Shown one piece after another: positions 26,555 to 34,949 of a stretch of 34,949 nucleotides of DNA (positions are counted from its first letter, which is position 1; every line of letters begins with the position of its first letter). The notes under the pieces were generated by a model that worked only from the letters and a program-made list of their open reading frames with translations, made no database searches and was not told where the DNA came from. The translations under genes and the position numbers were made by a program. The stretch is from Deinococcales bacterium (GTDB taxonomy: Bacteria > Deinococcota > Deinococci > Deinococcales > JAAFIG01). Location: contig JANNVX010000077.1 in the NCBI GenBank assembly GCA_031414595.1, positions 1-34,949 of the forward strand, in the 5' to 3' direction.

Positions 26555-26602
26555 TTTGCTTTTTTGCTTTCGCCTTTCGCCTTTCGTCTTTTGCCCTTCG
26601 TT
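26555..26602 (+). repeat. Heptamer tandem array (TTTYGCC)n
   Basis: TTTGCTTTTTTGCTTTCGCCTTTCGCCTTTCGTCTTTTGCCCTTCG, upstream of the cinA promoter. Confidence 0.75.
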
Positions 26603-26613
26603 CCTGCTAGACT

Positions 26614-26644
26614 TTGACAAAGCCCCATTTGTCTGGTATAAAAT
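26614..26644 (+). promoter_or_regulatory. Sigma-A promoter of cinA-recA
   Basis: TTGACA (26614-26619), 17 nt, then TATAAA preceded by TG-N (TAAAAT 2 nt further is an alternative -10); SD AAGGAG follows. Confidence 0.7.
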
Positions 26645-26661
26645 AAGAAGGAGTGATTACG

Positions 26662-27909
26662 TTGTTAGCAGAAATAATCAGCGTTGGAACAGAACTACTG
26701 ATGGGTGAAATCACCGATTCCAATGCGGCATTCATCGCATCGGAACTCAAAAACCGTGGCGTTTTTATCCACTGGAAAACCACGGTCGGCGATAACTTAG
26801 GGCGTTTACAAGAAGCCATTACTCGGGCTTTAAGCCGTTCTGATTTGGTTATTTTAGGCGGAGGACTGGGACCGACCGACGACGACTTGACTCGAGAAGG
26901 TATTTTAGCCACCATCGGCGAAGAGGCGGTGATAGACGAGGAATACTTGGCTAAACTTCGTGCTTGGTTTGAGGCAAGGGGACGCAGTTTCCCAGAACAA
27001 AACATCAAACAAGCATGGATTTCTAAAAGTGCTGCCGCCATACCTAATCCAGTCGGTACAGCCCCGGGATGGTTTGTGCGTGTTCCCAACAGTCAAAAAA
27101 TTATTGTGGCGATGCCCGGACCGCCACGCGAAATGAAACGCATGTGGACAGAACAGGTGCTGCCGCGTCTCGAGTTACCGCAAAGTGGTTTTTACTTTAA
27201 GACCTTTCGTACCGTTGGGATTGGCGAAAGCCATTTAGCAGAACGCCTAGGCGAACTTGCCAAGCAGCAAAACCCAAGCATTGGTACATATGCTCGGCGT
27301 GACGGGGTGCATGTGCGGGTGGCTGCTAGTGGCAGTACACTCGAGGCAGCCCAAGAACTGGCGCAGTCTAGCCAACACGCCGTCCAAGAAAAACTAACTG
27401 GCTTTATTTACGGCACAGATGACCAGAGCCTCCCAGAAATTATTCTCGAGCAACTGCGGCAAAAAAAACAAACCTTGGCGGTTATCGAAAGTATCTCTGG
27501 CGGTATTATTAGCGATGAACTTTCTAATCCCAAAGGTTCAAGCGATGTTTTTCAAGGTGGGGCGGTGGTCTACTCGAGTGCGGCAAAAATAAAACTTGGA
27601 GTCAACCCAGAAATTATTAAACAGCACGGCGCAATCAGTCAAACCACGACCACAGAACTGGCTAAAATTGCTTTGTCAAACTTTGGCGCAGACTGGGGAC
27701 TGGCTTGTACAGGCGCAGCCGACAATACTTACGGTGATTCAATGCCAGCCGGAACACTGTTTGTTGCCATTGCCACACCAAATGGTGAGCTTTTAGAACA
27801 TCAACTGATTGTCGCAGGAGACCGCCGCACCATGAAAGAACGGGCGGCTTTTACGGCACTCGGCACACTTTGGAGGGAAATGATAAAGCACAACTCAGAC
27901 CACAGATAA
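26662..27909 (+). CDS. cinA: CinA (MocF-like domain plus NMN deamidase PncC domain)
   Basis: EIISVGTELL.G, VGDN, GGLGPTDDDLT, NPVGTAPG, MPGPPREM, ES.SGG. TTG 26662 is better spaced from the SD than GTG 26653. Confidence 0.92.
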   Translation: MLAEIISVGTELLMGEITDSNAAFIASELKNRGVFIHWKTTVGDNLGRLQEAITRALSRSDLVILGGGLGPTDDDLTREGILATIGEEAVIDEEYLAKLRAWFEARGRSFPEQNIKQAWISKSAAAIPNPVGTAPGWFVRVPNSQKIIVAMPGPPREMKRMWTEQVLPRLELPQSGFYFKTFRTVGIGESHLAERLGELAKQQNPSIGTYARRDGVHVRVAASGSTLEAAQELAQSSQHAVQEKLTGFIYGTDDQSLPEIILEQLRQKKQTLAVIESISGGIISDELSNPKGSSDVFQGGAVVYSSAAKIKLGVNPEIIKQHGAISQTTTTELAKIALSNFGADWGLACTGAADNTYGDSMPAGTLFVAIATPNGELLEHQLIVAGDRRTMKERAAFTALGTLWREMIKHNSDHR

Positions 27910-27964
27910 GAAACCCAAGCCTCTATGAGTACCACCACAGCCAAGCGCCCGAAAAGGAAAAACC

Positions 27965-29062
27965 ATGTCATCCAAACCTGCAAAAAAAGAAGCCGCCCCA
28001 GACACCTCCGATATGTCCGCCGCACAACTGGCTGTCCATAAGAAAAAAGCCTTAGACAGCGCCATGAGCCAAATCGAAAAGGCATTTGGTAAAAACGCGA
28101 TTATGCGCCTTGATGCCTCAAGTAAACTCCAAGTTGAAGTGATTCCGACGGGCAGCATGAGTTTAGACCTTGCGCTTGGCGTGGGCGGCGTACCACAAGG
28201 GCGGATTATCGAAATTTATGGTCCTGAATCGGGCGGAAAAACCACCCTGACCCTAACGATTGCCGCACAATGCCAAAAAATGGGTGGGACGGTGGCTTTT
28301 ATAGATGCCGAACACGCCCTAGACCCAGTGTACGCCAAAGCCCTTGGAGTCAACACCGACGAACTGCTGGTTTCACAACCCGATACTGGTGAACAAGCCC
28401 TCGAGATTGCCGAGTTATTGGTACGTTCCGGCGCAGTAGATATGATTGTGGTTGATTCGGTAGCGGCGCTTGTGCCAAGGGCTGAAATTGAAGGCGAAAT
28501 GGGCGATAGTTTACCGGGGCTTCAAGCCCGTTTAATGAGCCAAGCACTGCGTAAATTGACCGCAATTTTACATAAATCCAACACCACGATGATTTTTATT
28601 AACCAAACCCGTGAAAAAATTGGCGTGATGTACGGCAACCCAGAAACCACCACAGGTGGCAAAGCCCTAAAATTCTATGCCAGTGTCCGCTTGGATATTC
28701 GCCGTATCGGACAACCGATTAAAGTCGGCAACGATGCCGTTGGCAACAATGTCAAAATCAAAGTCGTGAAGAACAAAGTTGCGCCGCCATTCAAAGAAGT
28801 CGAAATTCAAATTTACTTCGGTAAAGGCATAGACCAACTCAACGACCTTGTGAACCTGTCCTCGAGCCTAGAAATTCTCGAGAAGGCTGGAAGTTGGTTT
28901 AGTTACAACGGTGAGCGCATCGGGCAAGGCAAAGAAAAAGTGGTCGAGTACATCAAAGCCCGTCCAGCCTTAGAAGAAGAACTGCGTTCAAAGGTCTTTG
29001 ATGCGATTCGTTCAGGCAAAGGTGATGCTTTGGTCAGCGTAGCCAGCCCATCTGAGGATTAA
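27965..29062 (+). CDS. recA: Recombinase RecA
   Basis: [56 protein letters not shown]. Confidence 0.99.
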   Translation: MSSKPAKKEAAPDTSDMSAAQLAVHKKKALDSAMSQIEKAFGKNAIMRLDASSKLQVEVIPTGSMSLDLALGVGGVPQGRIIEIYGPESGGKTTLTLTIAAQCQKMGGTVAFIDAEHALDPVYAKALGVNTDELLVSQPDTGEQALEIAELLVRSGAVDMIVVDSVAALVPRAEIEGEMGDSLPGLQARLMSQALRKLTAILHKSNTTMIFINQTREKIGVMYGNPETTTGGKALKFYASVRLDIRRIGQPIKVGNDAVGNNVKIKVVKNKVAPPFKEVEIQIYFGKGIDQLNDLVNLSSSLEILEKAGSWFSYNGERIGQGKEKVVEYIKARPALEEELRSKVFDAIRSGKGDALVSVASPSED

Positions 29063-29068
29063 AAAATA

Positions 29069-29117
29069 CTAACCCATGAAAAAGGCGAGCCTATGGCTCG
29101 CCTTTTTCATGGGTTAG
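29069..29117. terminator. 23-bp perfect hairpin after recA
   Basis: CTAACCCATGAAAAAGGCGAGCC-TAT-GGCTCGCCTTTTTCATGGGTTAG. Confidence 0.8.
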
Positions 29118-29126
29118 ACTCGAGCC

Positions 29127-29423
29127 ATGAAAGGAACACATTTGGTTCGGGTCAGTAAAAGCAGTGGTGGTTTTCCGATTCCGTTAGCTGGGGTGAAAGT
29201 TGAAACCCTGCGGCTCGAGTTGCCACAAGACATTTTGAGTGATCAGGAAGTGTTGTATCTTTGTCTCGAGTCCGAAGTAGTGATTGACATGGGCTTGGAT
29301 TTCGCCCATTTGCGTCCACTCGAGGCGTTTACGGTACGAGGAGCGCATAAACTTTCGCCAGTCAACAGCAGTAAGTCGGCGTTGGTTGGGGTTTGTATTT
29401 TATTGCGAATAGCCAAAGTTTGA
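29127..29423 (+). CDS. Hypothetical protein (possible cupin-like beta fold)
   Basis: 98 aa; TAGACT-N6-ATG start; LCLESEVVID...FAHLRP.E strand pattern. Confidence 0.6.
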   Translation: MKGTHLVRVSKSSGGFPIPLAGVKVETLRLELPQDILSDQEVLYLCLESEVVIDMGLDFAHLRPLEAFTVRGAHKLSPVNSSKSALVGVCILLRIAKV

Positions 29424-29552
29424 TGAATAGCATCCTGCTGGAAGCGTTTAACTTGACATTCTTGTTCGGCTTGCACAGCATTGTAGCCAGATTTTGTTTA
29501 GGGTACTTGCCGAATCACAAGGTCTTTGTTAGTATCTTCGCGGAGGCAAAAA

Positions 29553-30341
29553 ATGAGTTTGCGTGTCGCACGGGCATATGACCGAAACAGGTATCATCCG
29601 CCGGAGGTTTCCGGAAAGATAGCCACTTCGATTGTCGAACCGCTCGAGCGAGAATACAAAGGGTCGCAGCATATCTTAGAAGTTGGGGTTGGCACGGGCA
29701 GAATTGCCATGCCGATTGTGGCTCGCGGAATGCAGTACACTGGCGTAGACATTGACCCCGAGATGATGAGTGCTTTTCGTGGCAAATACGCTGGGGTCTC
29801 GAGACGGGTGACTTTGGTCACAGCCGACGCTCAAGAATTGCCTTTTGCTGATAATAGTTTCCAAGCTGTCATTGCTGTCCATATCTGGCATTTAGTGCCG
29901 GATTTAACCACTGCCTTAGACGAAGCCGTGCGGGTTTTAAGCCCAAACGGTTTTCTTTTTGAAGGTTGGGATTCGCCTGATGCCAGCAGTGCCGAATTTG
30001 AAATTCAGGACGAATGGTGCAAAGCCCTCGAGAAACTCGGACATCCGATTCAACGCGGTGGACACCGAGCCGCCTTAAACACCAGTCAGCGTTACCTCGA
30101 AGAACGTGGTTTTACCCCCAACGAAGTGGTCATTTCGAGGTGGGAAGTCTCGCATTCGCCGCTAGAAGTGGTTGAAGCGCTCGAAGATGGGCTGTATAGC
30201 TTTACCAAGAATGTACCGCTCGAGCTTCGTTTTGAAGCTGGGCGAGCCATTAAACCATTTCTTGAATCGCGCTACAAAGAACTCGAGACGCAGATTAAAA
30301 CCCCGTGGAGTTTTCATTTACGCACCACCCGTATTCCATGA
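29553..30341 (+). CDS. Class I SAM-dependent methyltransferase
   Basis: ILEVGVGTGRI, GVDID, ADAQELPFADNSF, VLSPNG; ATG 29553 after GGAGG. Confidence 0.9.
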   Translation: MSLRVARAYDRNRYHPPEVSGKIATSIVEPLEREYKGSQHILEVGVGTGRIAMPIVARGMQYTGVDIDPEMMSAFRGKYAGVSRRVTLVTADAQELPFADNSFQAVIAVHIWHLVPDLTTALDEAVRVLSPNGFLFEGWDSPDASSAEFEIQDEWCKALEKLGHPIQRGGHRAALNTSQRYLEERGFTPNEVVISRWEVSHSPLEVVEALEDGLYSFTKNVPLELRFEAGRAIKPFLESRYKELETQIKTPWSFHLRTTRIP

Positions 30342-31261
30342 ATCAATCCCTGACCGCCTTAATAGGGGTTCGGGTGGGACATTGGACAAATGTAGAAGCC
30401 CGCACTGGTTGCACAGTTATTCTTTTCCCAACCGGTGGTGTGGTGATGAGCGCCGAAGTACGTGGCGGAGCGCCCGGAACACGCGAAACCCCGTTACTCG
30501 CGCCCGACAAAGCTGTCGAAAAAGTTCATGGCTTACTTCTCACGGGCGGCAGTGCCTACGGTTTAGCGGCTGCCACGGGCGTAATGCAGTGGCTCGAGGA
30601 TAACGGTGAAGGGGTGCTGACCCCCGGAGGACGAGTTCCAATTGTGCCAAGCGCGGTTATTTTTGATTTAGCAGTCGGAAACCCTCTAATCCGCCCAAAT
30701 GCCGAAGATGGTCTTGCCGCTTGTCAAACCGCCTCGAGTGACCCGATTCAAAACGGTCAGATTGGGGTGGGTGCTGGAGCAATGACTGGTAAACTGCTTG
30801 GTTTTGCTCATGCCCAAGCTGGGGGTATCGGCAGTGCGCTCCTACAAGTTGGAGGCGCAACCGTCACCGCACTGGTTGTGGCAAATCCGACAGGCGACAT
30901 TGTTGACTCGAGCGGTACTGTGATGGCTGGGACAACCAAACCCGATGGTACACGCCTGACCGACCCCGAACGGCTCGAGATTCTAGCAATGGGTCAAAAT
31001 AAGTTCATGCAACACACCAACACGACCTTAATTGCCGTTGGTACAAATGCCAAACTTTCTAAACTCGAGTGCAGTATCCTCGCCCAAGCTGCCCAGATGG
31101 GCTTAGCCAGAGGAACTCGCCCTTCACACACGCCGCACGATGGTGATACAAGTTTTGTGTTCAGCACCAATGAAGTGGAAAGCCCACCGCTTATTGCTTT
31201 GGTTGCAGCCGTGCAGAGCGTGGTGCATATGGCATTATTAAACGCGGTTACTCGAGAATAA
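30338..31261 (+). CDS. P1 (DmpA/S58) family peptidase
   Basis: GVRVGH, TGCTV, RGGAPGTRET, GGSAYGL, NTTL, HTPHDGDT.F; ATGA overlap with the upstream stop. Confidence 0.9.
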   Translation: MNQSLTALIGVRVGHWTNVEARTGCTVILFPTGGVVMSAEVRGGAPGTRETPLLAPDKAVEKVHGLLLTGGSAYGLAAATGVMQWLEDNGEGVLTPGGRVPIVPSAVIFDLAVGNPLIRPNAEDGLAACQTASSDPIQNGQIGVGAGAMTGKLLGFAHAQAGGIGSALLQVGGATVTALVVANPTGDIVDSSGTVMAGTTKPDGTRLTDPERLEILAMGQNKFMQHTNTTLIAVGTNAKLSKLECSILAQAAQMGLARGTRPSHTPHDGDTSFVFSTNEVESPPLIALVAAVQSVVHMALLNAVTRE

Positions 31262-32756
31262 ACTCGAGTGGAAAAACCCCAGTGAACAATCTGCTCCACG
31301 CTAAACTCGAGCCGTGCCAGACCAGGTTAGTGTTCTCTAAGCGTGGTGCAAAATGCGTGGCGAATAATTCAAATGCTAAAGGTTTGATGCGCTTTTCTAT
31401 TTCGGCTTCAGCAACCCCCTTTAATTCTCCTAAGTCAAATGGACTTGGGTTATTCATGGCTTCACGCACTTCGGAACGCACAAGCGACTGGTACAAATAA
31501 TCATCCACCAGTCTCGAGAAATTGGCTTCGGAAAGGGCTGTTTTATTGCTGCAATGAAGCGCACAAATACCCGAGGCAATCGCACTGCCAAGCGTATTGC
31601 CGGCGGTGTTCCAAGCCGCAAAACCAGCCAGTTTTGTAACATCGGCTCGAGCCAGAAGCTGCTTGATAAAACGTGGTTCTGCGCCGTTGGCATAGGCAAC
31701 ATCTGCCACCGTCACGGCTCGAGAATGATTTAGGTCATCACAAATATCATCTATAAAGGCTGATAAGTGCCGATTCGCCGTGTCCACCACTTCAAAATCT
31801 GGGGCGCGGTGAGCTTGTTTAATGGCGGGGGCATTGACCGCAAAAATCAGGTCGGCGGTACTGGCACGGGCGGCTGGAACTCCACCCGCTGACCGAATAT
31901 GGGCTTTGACCAGTTCGCCAAGCAGACGGTCTTCGTAAAGCATGATGCTGTTCTCGGCTTGAACACTGGGGTAACGCACAAAGACACTGGGTTTACGCCC
32001 ACCAGCATCCACAATCGCTCGAGCCAAAAGCGCCGCCGCCACTTCATCCGCTCCGGGGTAAACATCGGCTTTTTCCCAAAGTTCAAGTGCATCTATTCGC
32101 GCCTCGAGCCTGCGACGGTCACGGGCGGCTAGACCATAGGGTGTAGTGTCATCAAGCGTTAAACATAAATGCTCGAGGATACCTTCAGCCAGCAATTCAA
32201 GGGCGCGTTGATGCAGGGCATGATTTCGGTCCCTTGTCCCTAGCCAATCTTCAAGGATTTCTTCTGGGATGGCTTTTTTAGCCGCTTTTAACTCATCATC
32301 ATCTGCGCCACGTTCTACCCTGTCTATCCATTCGGAGACTTTGCGTAAATCTGCGCCAAAACGCCCATAGTACGATTTTTCTTCAAAAGGGTCGTTGTCG
32401 TGTGCGACACGCACAACCACACCATAGGCATAAAGTTTTATTTGGGGATTCAGGCGTTTGACTTGCCGCAGCACCTCGAGCCGAGCCAGTGCATCCTCTA
32501 GTGGGTCTGAGACACGCCGCGCTGGAATCATTCCGCCAAGGCAAAGTGTCTCGAGGGTAATAATTGCGGCATCGGCGGTTAGGGCATTCTCGAGCAGCCA
32601 TGTGGCGATTTTTTGGGTATCACCGGGGGTGTTCAGGTTATTCAGCATCTCGAGTGGCGGCACACGCATCTCGAGTCCAGCCACTTTTGCCAGTTGCATA
32701 GGCAATTCAAGGGTTGGTGGGCGGGTATCGCAGGGCAGCAGTAAAACCGTTTTCAT
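31248..32756 (-). CDS. DUF4127 family protein
   Basis: LLPCDTRP, GGMIPARR, LDDT, YPGADE, DVAYANG, AAWNTAGNTLGSA, DDYLYQ..VR, WSRLF. Confidence 0.8.
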   Translation of the reverse strand: MKTVLLLPCDTRPPTLELPMQLAKVAGLEMRVPPLEMLNNLNTPGDTQKIATWLLENALTADAAIITLETLCLGGMIPARRVSDPLEDALARLEVLRQVKRLNPQIKLYAYGVVVRVAHDNDPFEEKSYYGRFGADLRKVSEWIDRVERGADDDELKAAKKAIPEEILEDWLGTRDRNHALHQRALELLAEGILEHLCLTLDDTTPYGLAARDRRRLEARIDALELWEKADVYPGADEVAAALLARAIVDAGGRKPSVFVRYPSVQAENSIMLYEDRLLGELVKAHIRSAGGVPAARASTADLIFAVNAPAIKQAHRAPDFEVVDTANRHLSAFIDDICDDLNHSRAVTVADVAYANGAEPRFIKQLLARADVTKLAGFAAWNTAGNTLGSAIASGICALHCSNKTALSEANFSRLVDDYLYQSLVRSEVREAMNNPSPFDLGELKGVAEAEIEKRIKPLAFELFATHFAPRLENTNLVWHGSSLAWSRLFTGVFPLEFILE

Positions 32757-32762
32757 TTGAGC

Positions 32763-33317
32763 TTATTCAAACATAAAAGGCTCGAATAATGCAGCCACCT
32801 CGAGTTCAAAGTCTGGCAAACAAGGTACGGTCAATCTCTGCCCAATACCAAATTTTCTTGGTTTTGCTTCACCAAGTTCAAAAACCAGCACCTTTTGATC
32901 TTCAGAGTCTATTGCCCAGTAGGTTTCCACAAAATTACGTTGGTATAACTGCACTTTTTCGGTCAAGTCCCGAATTCGAGTGGATGGCGACAAAACCTCA
33001 ACCACAAAATCTGGAGCGCCAACCAAACCTCGAGACGAAAGCAACTCCAATCGTTCTGAACGAATAAAAATCAGGTCTGGGACAACAATTTGATTGACCT
33101 CAATAAAAACATCGAGCGGCGCAAAATAAACTTTGCCACAAGGATGATGCCGTAAATAAGTCTGAATCTGGTAACTCAATTCATCAAGAATAGCTTGGTG
33201 TGTACTTGTTGGTGATGCCGTTTCGATCAACCTCCCATTTAATAACTCAAAACGCTGGTTACTATCTTCAGGCAGCAGTAACCAGTCCATATAAGTAAAT
33301 TCTCGAGTCTCGAGCAT
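32763..33317 (-). CDS. Uma2 (DUF820) family endonuclease
   Basis: FELLNG, SP...HQ, APLDV, VPDLIF, GAPDFVVEVLSPST..RD..EK..LY, YW.ID. Confidence 0.92.
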   Translation of the reverse strand: MLETREFTYMDWLLLPEDSNQRFELLNGRLIETASPTSTHQAILDELSYQIQTYLRHHPCGKVYFAPLDVFIEVNQIVVPDLIFIRSERLELLSSRGLVGAPDFVVEVLSPSTRIRDLTEKVQLYQRNFVETYWAIDSEDQKVLVFELGEAKPRKFGIGQRLTVPCLPDFELEVAALFEPFMFE

Positions 33318-33326
33318 ATTAGAAGT

Positions 33327-34745
33327 CTACTCCAAACCGACAGCTTTGTTCAAAATGCCCCGAATCACTTCTGGGTTGGCTTTACCACCCATTTCTTTCA
33401 TCACTTTACCAAATAAACTGTTGACGGCTTTGGCATTCCCAGCCGCAATTTGGCTTAGTACATCAGGGTTCTCGAGAATAATTTTCTGCACTGCCGTCTC
33501 AATTGTGCTGGTATCCGAAACTTGGAGTAAACCACGTTCGATCACCAAAGTCTCGGGGTTTGCGCCGTTGATTACCTCTGGCAAAATATCCTTAGCAATT
33601 CGTCCCGAAATCGTACCAGAATCTATCAGTTTTAAGAGGGCTGCAAGGTGTGCAGGTGTTAAACCCGTAGCGTTCAACTCGAGGGCGTGTTCGTTCAAAA
33701 ACCCTGCTATATCGGCATTTAGCCAATTGGCGATTTTTTGGGCTTCGCCAGCGTACAAGGCTTTACAGGCTTCAAAAAAACTTGAGGCACTGGCATTGTA
33801 GGCAATTTGTTCGGCATCGGCTGAGCGCAAACCCAAAGCACTGTACTCGAGAATTTTCTGGTCTGGTAATTTTGGCATGGTGCTGCGAATTCGCGTAATC
33901 CAAGCCTCGTCAATCTCGAGCGGCGGCAAATCTGGTTCTGGGAAGTAACGGTAATCGGCTTCGCCTTCTTTGGTTCGCATTAAAAAAGTCCTGCCGCGCT
34001 CATCATCCCAACCCATCGTGTCTTGGGTAATTTTGCCGCCACCACGCACGATTTTTGTTTGTCGGTCAATTTCATAATCGAGGCTTCGGGCAACGCTTCT
34101 AAAACTGTTTAAGTTTTTAACCTCGACTTTTGTACCAAATTCGGTGTTTGGTAAATGCACCGAAACATTGACATCACAACGCATTTTGCCTTCTTCGGGT
34201 TTGGCATCACCAATGCCTAGGGCTTGAACAATGGCTTGAATTTTTTGCAAAAAGGCTCGAGCTTGCTCAGCATCCACAATGTCTGGTTCTGTGACCATTT
34301 CGATTAAGGCACAACCCGCACGGTTCAAATCCACCAAGCTGTAGGCAGCATCAGACGGATGAATCAGCTTTCCTGCGTCATTCTCGAGGTGAGCGCGTTT
34401 AATTCGCACGGTTTTACCCAGCACTGTGATAAAACCATCCCGAGCTATTGGACGGTCATACTGAGAAATCTGGAAATTATGCGGTGAATCTGGATAAAAA
34501 TAGTTTTTACGGTGAAACTGCGTAAACCCCGAGACATCACAATTTAAGGCAAGCCCAAACATGATTGCGTTATCCACAGCCTGTCTGTTAATAGTCGGCA
34601 ACACACCCGGTAAACCAAGACTAAAGGGGTCGGTAAACGAATTTGGCGCACCACCAAAATAATCAGCACTAACGCTCGAGAACATCTTAGACTGGGTGGA
34701 TAACTGGATATGAACTTCTAAACCAATGGTTGCTTCGTAACTCAT
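33327..34745 (-). CDS. gatB: Asp/Glu-tRNA amidotransferase subunit B
   Basis: [67 protein letters not shown]. Confidence 0.98.
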   Translation of the reverse strand: MSYEATIGLEVHIQLSTQSKMFSSVSADYFGGAPNSFTDPFSLGLPGVLPTINRQAVDNAIMFGLALNCDVSGFTQFHRKNYFYPDSPHNFQISQYDRPIARDGFITVLGKTVRIKRAHLENDAGKLIHPSDAAYSLVDLNRAGCALIEMVTEPDIVDAEQARAFLQKIQAIVQALGIGDAKPEEGKMRCDVNVSVHLPNTEFGTKVEVKNLNSFRSVARSLDYEIDRQTKIVRGGGKITQDTMGWDDERGRTFLMRTKEGEADYRYFPEPDLPPLEIDEAWITRIRSTMPKLPDQKILEYSALGLRSADAEQIAYNASASSFFEACKALYAGEAQKIANWLNADIAGFLNEHALELNATGLTPAHLAALLKLIDSGTISGRIAKDILPEVINGANPETLVIERGLLQVSDTSTIETAVQKIILENPDVLSQIAAGNAKAVNSLFGKVMKEMGGKANPEVIRGILNKAVGLE

Positions 34746-34803
34746 AAACGCAGTTTACCGTGTCTCGAGTGACCGATGTAGCCATTGTTTTGTGCAAATG
34801 GCT

Positions 34804-34943
34804 TAAGGATTTGTCCGTAAATAACTTCCCTATTTGGAAATGATGAAACATTGTTTCTAGCAGGACAGACACAGGGGTCTGTCCCTACAAAATCCATAAA
34901 AATACGTCAGGTAGGGGCGGACCCCCGTGTCCGCCCTGCGACC
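34804..34943. mobile_element. Partial non-autonomous repeat element (MITE/REPIN-like); right copy, inverted relative to 1-140
   Basis: 139 of 140 positions identical to the reverse complement of 1-140; begins TAAGGATTTGTCCGTAAATAAC. Confidence 0.75.
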
Positions 34944-34949
34944 AATTGT

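Noticed and set aside
33327-34745. gatB without adjacent gatC/gatA
   Set aside because: Split gat genes are common in many bacteria, so this is not informative.
1-34943. Whole window as a composite transposon or linear replicon with terminal inverted repeats
   Set aside because: The cargo is core chromosomal (rpsO, recA, gatB, aroQ), there is no transposase or replication gene, and related repeats occur internally. Assembly breaks at a multicopy repeat explain the ends more simply.

Overview
Chromosomal segment of a Deinococcota (Deinococcus-Thermus) bacterium with low GC for the phylum (just under 50% by eye). The assignment is an inference from a Thermus-type gdhA-gdhB pair, cinA-recA, a Deinococcus-style lipoprotein and many leaderless genes. 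Most of the ~35 CDS are housekeeping or common families: gdhA/gdhB, GAF-PAS-GGDEF-EAL protein, AlaX, kynB, prmA, rpsO, apaG, menG/ubiE, TPR proteins, Ser/Thr kinase, aroQ, GNATs, DinB, cinA, recA, P1 peptidase, DUF4127, two Uma2 nucleases and gatB. No rRNA, tRNA, CRISPR array, transposase or integrase was seen. The main unexplained structure is: (1) the palindrome CTCGAG at about 188 copies by manual count, versus about 7-8 expected, i.e. a HIP-like iterated palindrome; (2) an unlisted 50-aa ORF with a lasso/RRE-type YxxPxL leader, overlapping the start of a secreted lipoprotein; (3) a tandem pair of paralogous bitopic proteins with a J-like N-terminus, TolA-like or TonB-like repeat spacers and a shared unrecognised C-terminal domain; (4) several small repeat classes, including GTAG-REP doublets in a 140-bp element at both window ends, heptamer arrays, a 36-bp duplicated promoter cassette and a duplicated rpsO 3' end. 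All counts and alignments were done by eye.
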